This document shows, in pieces, positions 12,249 through 23,039 of a DNA stretch of 63,975 nt (the first letter of the stretch is position 1; each line of letters begins with the position of its first letter). The notes under the pieces are model-generated. The model was not told the DNA's origin and made no database searches. It saw nothing but the letters and a program-made list of their open reading frames with translations. This DNA is from Octopus bimaculoides (Eukaryota): the NCBI RefSeq assembly GCF_001194135.2, contig NC_069006.1:11855998-11919972 (forward strand), written 5' to 3'. A program made the translations under genes and the position numbers.

Positions 12249-12471
12249 TACTCTTTACTTTCTTACTTGTTTCAGTCATTTGACTGTGGCCATGTTGGAG
12301 CACCGCCTTTAGTCGAGCAAATCGACCCCAGGACTTATTCTTTGTAAGCCTTGTACTTATTCTACCAGTCACTTTTGCCGAACCACTATGTTACGGGGAC
12401 GTAAACACACCAGCATCGGTTGTCAAGCGATGTTTGGGGGAACAAACACAGACACACAAACATACATATAT
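12249..12471 (-). mobile_element. 3' half of SINE family A, inserted in the right TIR of the foldback element
   Basis: The reverse complement matches 11280-11498 closely and is truncated at the internal microsatellite. Confidence 0.85.
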
Positions 12472-12662
12472 GTCCTCCCCCCACCCATTCGTTTGCACAA
12501 ATTTTTGTTTTCATATTTGTTTTGTACACATTTTTTTTACACCTATTAGACTGTTTTTTTTTTGTTTTGTTGACCTGATATTAAACTATATATTAACCCA
12601 TTTTTCTGCCTTATGAAAACTTATTGGGGACACACACATGCACACGCGCACTTACACACACA

Positions 12663-12693
<31 letters not shown>

Positions 12694-12809
12694 CACACAA
12701 GACTTGGTTATGGAAACAGTTGACATAAATAGAAAAAAATCAAATTATTAAACAGTTAATATAGAAACAATGAACATGAAAATATTGGACATGTAAGTCA
12801 TGAACATAC

Positions 12810-14395
12810 CTGTAAAATGTTTGAAAAACAAGCCAGGGCCATGGATCAGGATTGGCTATTCGTGAAAATAATCCATAGATCCCAAATAATGAGTAAAGCT
12901 GAAAAAGACACGCGACAATAAGCAAGAATGTTGTGTTGTATGTGAGCCTCATCACACGGTGAAGCATCCTGCTCTGACGAATACGATGTAAACTCAGTGT
13001 TGATGGGCTTGAAACCATGAGTTTAGGGTGCCAAGACGTGGCTATCGATAGAGGCGTCTCCAGGCTATCAGCGTCCCGTGATTCCGATGGGTCAACTGAA
13101 CATTTGCGTTTGTTTTTATGTTTTTTACTTCTAGGACAAGACGTTGGTACTTCTGTATCTGCCATGTAGCCGTTGTCTACCAAATAACTTTCATCACAAT
13201 CTGTGATGTCTGTTGATGTTGTTGTGTGTGGTAGAATTGCCGAAATATTGCACCAGTTTGACCTGACTGAATTCCTCCTCTCTTTGAATTCTGTTTCATC
13301 CAGTGTCTCCTCTAAATAGAGGTCACTGTTGTGAAGCATTGAACAGTTCTCATTCATTAAGTATTGTAAATTCACGAAATCCCCATTTTTTGCATCATTT
13401 AACTCCTGACAGGTGGAATCAGCAAGAGTTGTTTCTGTTGCAACCGAGTCCTCAGCTAAGAGCTGGAAGTCAGCTGTCTGAGCCTTCAACAGTAACCGAC
13501 TGTCCAACAGGGAACCTACTTTAGCACTCATTGTTTTTAGCTCCTTGTTTGTAGCTGGACTGAAAATAGCCAATTCATTTAAATCAGACATGGTAGACTC
13601 ATCTTCGCTAACGATACTGTAAGTCTGGTTGTCTTCATCAGTGATGCGTATCTGTGGTTTTGTTAAGCGTTGAGTTGTTGCTGACCGTGACAGCATGTTT
13701 TCTTGGCTACAAGATCGTTTTGCTAAACTGTAAGAACTCAGCTCTTTCCTGGCCTTCTTAATCTCAGCAACATAATGGGTCAGTTTGAAACCATTGTATA
13801 TAAATGTGACGCTCAGATAAATGGACCAAATGATGAAGAAAGCATTGGGTAGTAAAAGGAGGAGTCGCAGGTCATGGTGGATCCCTGTTGAAATGTCAAC
13901 TACAGTGAGACATACAAAGTAAAATGTTGTAACAAATAAAAAGAATTGCTTGTTTACAATTCGTGTTGGTCCTACATCCACCTTGGTGATCCTCAAAATC
14001 ATTATTTGGACAAGACTATAAGATGTCGTAAGGCATGGATAAGTGATATCAAATAGAAGTTGTCTAAACACAACAGGAAGCAGATTGTTACTTCCGTATG
14101 GATCCAGTACAAAATAGCTTCCCCTGAATATACCAATGGCAAAGAGAATGGAAAGAGTGACTCCAAATGTTTTCTTTTTGAGTCTCTTACGTCCACGGAA
14201 CAACGATAGTATGCAGAAGGTAGAGAGCAGGTAAAAGAGGAGGGCAACTGTATAGACATGGACATTCCAGGACCACCACCAGATGTCTGATACGTTTCGC
14301 CAATCGGGTGTGGCAATCAGCGGGATTGTGGATAGAGAGAAGTTGTTAACCCGAGCAACATTGATATCTGTTAAAAACGGCTCCGACATCCACAT
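12810..14395 (-). CDS. PRRT3/PRRT4-like (proline-rich transmembrane protein family) 7TM-type membrane protein; coding part of one large exon, C-terminal exon not found
   Basis: Stop-free frame with motifs I recognise from the PRRT3/4 TM domain: W-x-x-HVY before TM1, R-x-x-Y-x-x-x-DPYGS after TM2, DITYPCL in TM3 and PWPWLVFQTFYR at the start of TM7. N-terminal sequons NFS and NVS. First in-frame ATG after the TAG at 14444-14446 is at 14395. Strong donor TACAG|GTATGT at 12810/12809 (phase 2). The supplied ORF 12740-14428 uses a TTG start and reads through this donor. Confidence 0.85.
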
Positions 14396-14711
14396 AACAC
14401 AGGCCCTTGCATAGGTTTGACAAAACAACTGCTTTAAAAAATGCTACACCAGACTGCTTTATGTATTTGGGATTGATTGGTTGGTTGGTTTCTTTCACTA
14501 GCTGTACAGCATCTGCATGAACTTGGTGCAAAAATATGTCTCCGAAGAACCAGTAATAAATCTTATATTATTGGCCACCATAACTGTTTCAATTTGAACT
14601 GAGGTTCACGCTCTTCGATTTTCAATTTTAGTTACAAGGAACTTCTGATTGAAATGTTCGCTGATTTGGAAGAGGTTGGAGTTGGAAGCCAAGAAAAGTT
14701 CAACCAGACAT
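14396..14711 (-). other. Probable 5' UTR portion of the same exon, beginning at a strong splice acceptor
   Basis: Minus strand TTTTTTCTTTCTTTAATTAACAG|ATGTCT, with AG at 14713-14712. All three frames are closed by stops between 14711 and 14396. Confidence 0.55.
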
Positions 14712-15887
14712 CTGTTAATTAAAGAAAGAAAAATTGAAATTAATTTAAAATTAAAATATTAAAGAAAGAAAGAAAAAGAGAGAGAAAGAAAAGAAAATGA
14801 TCAGGAAGGAACATGCACCAGAGGAAAAATCGGATTACACGTAATTAATTTTATATTGATTATGTCTGCTTCTATGAAAATGAATAATTAAACATGAAAT
14901 CTGTTAGGAAACACTATTGAAATGAGGGGTGACAAAGAGTTAATCTAAAGGGCTGCAAGTTCAGGCTTATATAAAGGACTTCTATAAATGAGTGTGTGTT
15001 TGTGTGTGTGTGTATATATATCTACATACATACACACATACTTATATACATACATACACACACATACATACATACCCTCACCACCACACAGACACAGAAA
15101 GAAAGTGAATATATAAAAGTGTTGCTGACTTGGTCACAAAAGTAGATCAATCAGTCATTCAAATGATTAATAGATTGATAAATAGATAGATTCAAATCAA
15201 ACGACTGTATTGTCAACCATTCAAGTACATCCATGTATGTTGATAAGTGTGTGTGTGTGTGTGTGTGTGCGTGCACATTATATATACATTGTTTGGGATG
15301 ATGGTGTGTGTGTGTGTGTGTATGTGGTTTCCTGTTAGTGGTGATGGTGATGTTGATGTGAGTGTTGGTGATACTGTTATTGGTGTGATGGTGGTGGTTG
15401 TTGCAGTGGTGGCAGTCTTCATGTTGTTGGTCGAAGTAAAAAGAAATTACGTTGACCACGCTACAGTAACTTAATACTGTGGTCACGACTTTCACATGTC
15501 TGGGAGATAAATTACTGGAAGAGTGTCGGAAGAAGGAGAAGAGATGGAGGGAGTGGTGGGGTTGAAGCCAAGAGATTTCCGGAAAAAGAATGAGAGGGTG
15601 TGTGAGGGAGGGAGAGCAGTATTTCTCTGTTAACTCTAGCATCCAGGACTTATGAGGATGGATTTAATATTCGTGAAGATTAAAGTGTAAAGCTGATGTA
15701 ATTACTACTTTATTGCTCAAATACTGTATAATGTTGCTGTTCTTGTTACTGTAGTTATTCTCATCATTATCTTTGTTTAGCTCTGAATCAGCCTTGATTC
15801 AACAGACATCTGTTCAAAGATTTTATATACGTGTGTGTTTGTGTTTATATATATTTATGGCATCATCATCATCATTACATGTATATA

Positions 15888-15926
<39 letters not shown>

Positions 15927-16445
15927 AAATCTCTGAACGAGGTGTTAACAGTAACTGCACGATAAAGTGAAGTATATTTGCCATTTAAATGTGGCTGACC
16001 CCTAAGGGTGGATGTTACTGTTGCTTTTAGCCCCAGGAGAACATCTCCTCCAGCTGGCTTATCGACACATATCTGTGTCCTGTCTATTTTTGCCAAGGGA
16101 AGTTATCCTTCCCATCTTGATCTGCGATACGTACGGACCCGAGTTTCAGGGTTATTTCCCTTCTTCAGCGTACGATAATCGCCGACCTTCGATGAGAATG
16201 ACAATCCCTTGGCAATATATAAGTCTTTTTCCAGTGAAGTTATTCACTGATATCGAAAACACACAAACACACACTCATATATATATATATATGTTTGTGT
16301 CTGTCTATCTATCTGTCTGTCCATCTGTCTGTCTGTCCATCCATCTGTCTGTCTGTCCATCTGTCTGTCCGTCCATCCATCTACCCATCCATCCTTCCAT
16401 CTATAGATCTATCTATCTATGCATCACTCTATAGCTATTGTTATA

Positions 16446-16590
16446 GGCATGGCTGTGGAGTTAAGAAGCTTGATTTGCAACCCTGTGATTTCACATGGCA
16501 CCATGAACAAGTTGCCTTCAACTATTCCAGGTTGACCAATGCTTTGTTAGTGAATCTGGAACATGTAAAATGTGTAGAAGCTGGTCAGCT
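16446..16590 (+). mobile_element. Degenerate 5' fragment of a family A-like SINE
   Basis: GGCATGGCTGTGGAGTTAAGAAGCTTG..TGACCAATGCTTTGTTAGTG resembles the head of family A. Confidence 0.5.
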
Positions 16591-16636
16591 ATATATGCAC
16601 ATACACACATGCACATGTATATATGCGTATGTCTGT

Positions 16637-16673
<37 letters not shown>

Positions 16674-16685
16674 TGTATATATATC

Positions 16686-17660
16686 AACATCATCATCATC
16701 GTTTAACATCCGCTTTCCATGCTAGCATGGGTTGGACGATTTGACTGAGGACTGGTGAAACCAGATGGCTACACCAGGCTCCAATCTGATTTGGCAGAGT
16801 TTCTACAGCTGGATGCTCTTCCTAGCGCCAACCACTCTGAGAGTGTAGTGGATGCTTTTATGTGCCACCAGCACAAAGGCCAGTCAGGCGGTACTGGCAA
16901 TGGCCATGCTCAAAATGGTGTATTTTATGTGCCATCCGCACAATAGCCAGTCCAGGGGCACTGGCAACGATCTCGATTGAAAATCTTTACACGTATCACG
17001 GGCACAAGTGCCAGAAAGGTGATGCTGGGCACAGGTGCCATCCTGATTTTACTTTCACTTGCCCCAATAAGTCTTCGCAAGCTGAGTTTCGTGTCCAATG
17101 AAGGAGACGATGTTGGCATGGGTGCCAGTCGTCGAATTTAGTTCGATTTCGATTTCACTTGCCTCAAAAAGTCTTCGCAAGCGGAGTTTAGTGTCCAATG
17201 AAGGAAAGGTACGCATAAGTGGGTTGGCTACACCCCTGGCAGAGGCCTTGGATTTAGGTCTCACTTGGCTTGCCGGGTCTTCTCACACACAGCACATTTC
17301 CAAAGGTCTCGGTCAGTAGTCATCGCCTCGGTGAGGCCCAATGTTCAAAGGTCTTGCCTCACCACCTCAGCCCAGGTCTTCCTGGGCCTACCTCTTCCAC
17401 AGGTTCCCTCAACTGTTTGGGTGTGGCACTTTTTCACGCAGCTATCTTCATCCATTCTCGCCACATGTCCATACCAGCGCAATCATCTCTCTTGCACACC
17501 ACAACTGATGCTTCTTATGTTCAACTTTTCTCTCAAGATACTTACACTCTGTCGGGTATTCACACTGACATTACTCATCCATTGGAGCATACTGGCTTCA
17601 TTCCTTGCGAGCTTACGCATGTCCTCAGCAGTCACAGCCCATGTTTCACTGCCAGGTATA
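16686..17660 (-). mobile_element. 5'-truncated RTE LINE (C-terminal coding region plus long 3' UTR and tail)
   Basis: Translates to RKLARNEASMLQWMSNV..LRWYGHVARMDEDSCVKKC..GRGRPRKTW. The 3' end has CCATGCTAGCATGG and a (GAT)n tail. The UTR has ~50-bp direct repeats near 17055-17200. Confidence 0.9.
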
Positions 17661-18223
17661 TGATAGGATTGCTTCAACATTCAAGGGGTAATCTGAAGTA
17701 TCTAAGCAACTAGAGGATAATTAAATCCGAAGGTACTCCTGGAGATTACTTGTGTGGGTACCGTCTTTGTTAGAAAGTATCCAGAGGCAGGTAATTTATC
17801 GTTTAAACTGCAGTTTATAATTATAATTAAGTGGAGAATAGAGAAACAAACACAAGAAGCAAGTCTTCTGCCACCACCATCACACCAATAAGTTGTGTTA
17901 ATAATCTTTCGCAGAAAGACTATTAACACAACTTCAACTAAAATGTAAGACTAAGTTTACCTAACTCTATTCTTATACCACTATATACATTACTATATCC
18001 ACTAACTGTTATTCCTGCATCTCTCACACCATGAACTTTAACATACTTCTCAACATTCTGAAGAGATCTGCCAACCCATTTGGCACATCGAAACGATCGT
18101 AAATGAATCATTATACAATCTCCACATAATTAAATCAATGGCTTACTACCCCAATTGACTTGCTTCTTCTTGTGTTTTTTTCTCCATTCTCCACTTAATT
18201 ATATATATATATATACATGAGTG

Positions 18224-18445
18224 AAGGCATGTGGCTTAGTGGTTAGGGTATTGGTATCATGGTTATAAATTTGTGAGTTCAATTCTAGATAACAGATTGT
18301 GTCCTTGAACAAGATACTTTATTTTATGTTGCTCCAATCTTCTCAGCTGGAAAAAGTGAGTTGTACTAGTAATTGAAAGGGCCAGCCTTGTCACATTTTG
18401 TGTCATGCTGAATCTGCCTGGGAGCTACATTAAGGTTATGCATGT
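18224..18445 (+). mobile_element. tRNA-type SINE (family B)
   Basis: GTGGCTTAGTGGTTAGGGTATTGG..GTGAGTTCAATTC head followed by GTCCTTGAACAAGATACTTTA..CTCAGCTG. Related to 29785-30100 and 55031-55345. Confidence 0.7.
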
Positions 18446-18446
18446 C

Positions 18447-18778
18447 TGTGCCGGATGGCATGTGTAAAGACATTCGAGTGAGATTGTTGCCAGTGCCGCC
18501 GAACTGGCTCCTGCGCAGGTGGCACGTAAAATACACCATTTTGAGTGTGGCCGTTGCCAGTACCGCCTGACTGGCCTTCGTGCCGGTGGCACGTAAAAGC
18601 ACCCACTACACTCTCGGAGTGGTTGGTGTTAGGTAGGGCATCCAGCTGTAGAAACTCTGCCAAATCAGATTGGAGCCTGGCGTAGCCATCCGGTTTCACC
18701 AGTCTTCAGTCAAATCGTCCAACCCATGCTAGCATGGAAAGCGGACGATAAACGACGACGATGATGATGATGATGATA
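18447..18778 (+). mobile_element. RTE LINE 3' UTR fragment with (GAT)n tail
   Basis: Reverse complement of 16700-16960 at roughly 90% identity by eye. Confidence 0.9.
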
Positions 18779-18880
18779 TATACAAACCAGAGTAAGCATA
18801 TAAATGTGAAACAAGAAAAAATAGTACTCGAATACCAGAGGTAGAGTAGTATGCTTTATTAAAAAGCAGTAAAAATATCA

Positions 18881-18930
18881 CAAAAACTGTTACTCAGAGT
18901 TTCACGTTCCTATTCGTCGGACAGTTTTGT
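18881..18930 (-). ncRNA. Minimal type I hammerhead-ribozyme-like motif in a short Penelope-like terminus (18786-19268)
   Basis: Minus strand AAAACTGT-CCGACGA-ATA(GGAA)CGT-GAAA-CTCTGAG-TA-ACAGTTTT: 8-bp stem I, core C-C-G-A-N-G-A, GAAA, palindromic stem III, GUA cleavage triplet (A at 18891), AATAAA downstream. A second copy lies at 48487-48530. Confidence 0.65.
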
Positions 18931-19669
18931 TTAGAATGAACAAAAATAAGGTTATAAGCAAACTTATACAATTAGTTTAATGGATACACATTTCAAAATG
19001 GTTTTGTTTCATTAATCTTTTCAACTAATGGTCTTTAAATGGATATAACATTTAATGTATTAATTGATTAATATTTTACAAATAATTATTTACCTTGGGT
19101 ATTTTTATACTCTGACCTTTTTTTATAAGCTATTTTTGATTTAAGGTTTTCTTCAATTTTATAATAATTTTATACTGAAATTTGTTCATTGCATGCAACC
19201 GGTCATTGTAAAGACTGCTAGTTGAAAGGACCAATCAAACAAAACCATTTTCAAATGTGTATCCATTANNNNNNNNNNTATATATTTATATATATTTATA
19301 TCAGTTGCCTTCTCTCACACAAATTCATACACACATACACTCACGTGCAACATCTCAGATTCACTCACTGAATCAGTCACGCCATACTTTCTCTTTCTTT
19401 CTGATTCTCTATTTGTACGGTTTGTAATCCAAGTTAAATGTTTGCTAACTATAACAGGCAGATCTATAAAGTTACATATCAGTTCATATGTGAACAATGC
19501 TAAAACAACATGACATAATTCTGGTTTTATAACACTGAAATCAGAATTGGTGAAGCAATTCGGTAGTTTGGTTTTCTGTGAGGACGTGAAGAGTCTAACA
19601 TTTCAGTCATTTTATCTTTTTCCAAAACAGCGAACAAGAAAATGATAAAGAGAGAGAGAGAAAGAGATG

Positions 19670-19723
<54 letters not shown>

Positions 19724-20544
19724 NNNNNNNNNNNNNNNNNNNNNNNNNNNNNNNNNNNNNNNNNNNNNNNNNNNNNNNNNNNNNNNNNNNNNNNNNNNNN
19801 NNNNNNNNNNNNNNNNNNNNNNNNNNNNNNNNNNNNNNNNNNNNNNNNNNNNNNNNNNNNNNNNNNNNNNNNNNNNNNNNNNNNNNNNNNNNNNNNNNNN
19901 NNNNNNNNNNNNNNNNNNNNNNNNNNNNNNNNNNNNNNNNNNNNNNNNNNNNNNNNNNNNNNNNNNNNNNNNNNNNNNNNNNNNNNNNNNNNNNNNNNNN
20001 NNNNNNNNNNNNNNNNNNNNNNNNNNNNNNNNNNNNNNNNNNNNNNNNNNNNNNNNNNNNNNNNNNNNNNNNNNNNNNNNNNNNNNNNNNATATATATAT
20101 GCATACACATATATATGTATACACACACACACACACACACACATATAAGAAGTATTGCAAACTACAGATTTTTCCATTTTGTTACTAATATTTGTTTTTG
20201 CTATAGTGACAATTGTCAGCTATAAAAGAATAATATAAATCATTTTAGCTAGGGTGCATTTTTCAAAGGTAGTAGAAATGAGTTATTCCCCTTAGCAGTA
20301 CAATGATTCCCAAGACCTATTTTGAGAAACTGATATATAAAAATTTGATGAAAGATAGAAGTTAATATACGAAGATAAAAGGATCAGTGAAAAATACATT
20401 TATGAATGATAAGAAAAGGAGGAAGAAAAAAATACAAGGAAAAAAGATAAGTCATAAATAAAAGGATTGAGGAAAAGTGATATACATATATCCATATATT
20501 GTTGTCCTTTTGGGAAATTAAGTAAAAGTGGTATGACCAAGTTT

Positions 20545-21605
20545 CATAACAAATTCTACTTAAAATGTCTACATTTCTCCCAAAATTTCTGAGCATAGTT
20601 TTTTAAGTTTACGAGGACAATTCCTTTCTCTGCATTGCAAAGGTCACATTCTCATTCTTTTATGGTTTTTCAATGGTCTTCTAATACTTGGTGGTCTTTC
20701 AACAGTCTTCTATTTGAGGTAATTGTTGAAAGATTTTAGTTTAAATGCCAGACGTAGTCAGCAATTTTGTTGCTTTCTTGTTTTTGACATGTCTAAAAAG
20801 AAGAACTGTGGTTGGGCAATCTTTGCTTGAGCTTCTTTTCAGCCATGCTTATATATCATCAAAATTTGATTTTGCTTGTAGCATATTATTTCTGTATTGC
20901 AAGACTTTAGTGGGCATATGTTAGTGTTTCAGCACAAGCATGCAAACTCAGTTTTACTAAGGGGTTCATGTGATATATTTTCAAGCTTGTGGTATAGCTT
21001 GACTCCACCAGATATTAAGGTATTCTTGATGTAATGGGTTGCCTTATCAAAGATTTCCTTATTGGAGGACACTTTAGAAAGCCTTCTACTGATATTACTG
21101 TTGAGTTCTTAAAACATAAGAGTGGGTGACATAATGCTATGTTAATATAAACAAGTTTTCCACGAGGAAAGGCTAATATATAAGATCTTTCTAAAGGCCT
21201 TATATTTAAGTTAGTTAAATGTAGAATTAAAAAAAAGATAATGTAAAGTTAATAACCATAGTTATTTTTAGCTTGAAAATTCTATGTGGACAATGTGTCT
21301 AGTGTGTTCCCACTGGTGCTTTTAGATATAGCTAACCCAATATTTCTGTAAAAGACAAAATCTATTGATGTAAATTTCTCACTAAGAACATCTAAAATGT
21401 GTAATCATAAACAGTTGCAAACCTCTGCATTGTCATATGACCCCATATATACATTAATAAAAAGCTCCAACTTGGACAGATTTCTTCATTTAGGTGAAAG
21501 CATTATCAAATCAGTAAGGTTCACTAGTATGTATTAATTATGATCTCTGTATCTTTGTTATCAATGTAATTATGGTTCTTAATGACTTCTAAGGCAGTGG
21601 ATAAT
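20545..21605 (-). mobile_element. Old, degenerate Penelope-like retroelement (RT plus GIY-YIG-type C-terminus)
   Basis: Broken translation gives MGSYDNAEVC (family-typical MGSYDGAEVC), FYRNIGLAISKSTSG (GLYRDDGL-like), RRLSKVSSNKEIFDKA, then CPL..FRHVKNKKATKL and a C-x-L-C-x-x-EK-like tail. Many stops. Confidence 0.7.
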
Positions 21606-21622
21606 GGGCATTTAAAGATTAA

Positions 21623-21929
21623 CCCTTTTGTTACCAACCTGCTTGAGACTGTCCTTGATTCTATGACAAAAATGGAAAGTCTATAGTTTGTATTACATTA
21701 TATAGACATAGTATTTTATGCTTCTCTATTCAGCGCTATGTACTTTTTGATACTCTAATCAATCTTTAAACTGATGTAAATTTAAAATCTTCCATTTAGA
21801 TTTCATGTTAATTTATGTTCCAAACACCAGCTTAATAACGACAAAATTACTTTACTAAATTTGTCAATATTTTCAAAATTAACTGAGACAGAGGTAGTGT
21901 ATTTCTGTAGAAGTTTGATAACAAAAGAG
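21623..21929. mobile_element. piggyBac-like MITE
   Basis: TTAA-CCCTTTTGTTACCAA ... TTGATAACAAAAGAG-TTAA, with TTAA at 21619-21622 and 21930-21933. Confidence 0.75.
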
Positions 21930-22271
21930 TTAAAGGGTAAAATTCAACAACACCAAACTGAGTGAATCCGGAAAAATGTTTAATTTTTAAATTTCATTCA
22001 TTAATGTAAATATTGGGAGGATAAAGGAATTTTTGAGGCAGTTGTCCCATGTCAATAAAAACTATTAGCAACCACAATGGAAAGTCTATAGTTTGTATTA
22101 TTACATTATATAGACATAGTATTTTATGCTTCTCTATTCAGCGCTATGTACTTTTTGATACTCTAATCAATCTTTATACGATACACACACACACGCACAT
22201 AACAGCCATAAACATTTCAGTCATACACATAATTATATACAACTCCTATACATCGACAAACTATTTATGCA

Positions 22272-22320
<49 letters not shown>

Positions 22321-22578
22321 TATAAACATTTATTTGTACATTAATACACACACACACGCACACACATATATATATGCACACCAACACACATGCTTATACA
22401 GATACACATGTATATATATAGAGCTTGTGTGTATATGATCAATCATGTGACAGTCATAAAATTATTATTATATTTCATCCATTGTTCAAGCTAGGAATTT
22501 CATGTCTTCTCTGTCAACTTTTATGACACACACACTGGATAACAGTCAGAGGTAGAGTTGTTATGTTGGTTGTGGTTG

Positions 22579-22611
<33 letters not shown>

Positions 22612-23039
22612 GGTGTGGTTTTGGTTGCAGTGATATTGGTTGTGTGCATTATGATAATGTTATTTTTGGTCTTATGTTAGTGTTAGTAGGGGTTTTGGTT
22701 GTGGCAGTGGTGGTGTTCTGTGGGTTGCAGTAGTAATAGTGATGATATTGGTGGTGTTGTGTGGTAGAATTGGTGTTGTTGGTTGTGAGAGGTAGTAGTG
22801 TTATGGGTGGTGTTGGTTGTTGTACTGTGTGCCTTGTGATAATGGTTATGTTAGTTGTGTTGGTGGTGATGGTTATGTTGAAGATAACAGATGTGTTGTT
22901 ACTGTATGGCCACACCAGCTTGACAGTTTGAAGGGTAGTTATTTAACCAGTGATCTTAGGGAAGATTTGAGGTATTCAAATTATTTATTGGCTCTCATGT
23001 CTTTTAATCTTAACTAATTGGTATTGTTAATGAATATGT

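Larger units (their letters stand above)
9673..12598. mobile_element. Foldback-type DNA transposon with long TIRs and an 8-bp TSD (Merlin- or MULE-like)
   Basis: Starts GGTTAATATATA and ends TATATATTAACC. CATTTTTC is duplicated at 9665-9672 and 12599-12606. 9673-9790 pairs with 12472-12598 and ~9806-9960 pairs with ~12060-12228. The left arm has a tandem sub-repeat (TAACTTTCAGGAAA..ATGAAATTTT). The interior is mostly gaps. Confidence 0.8.
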
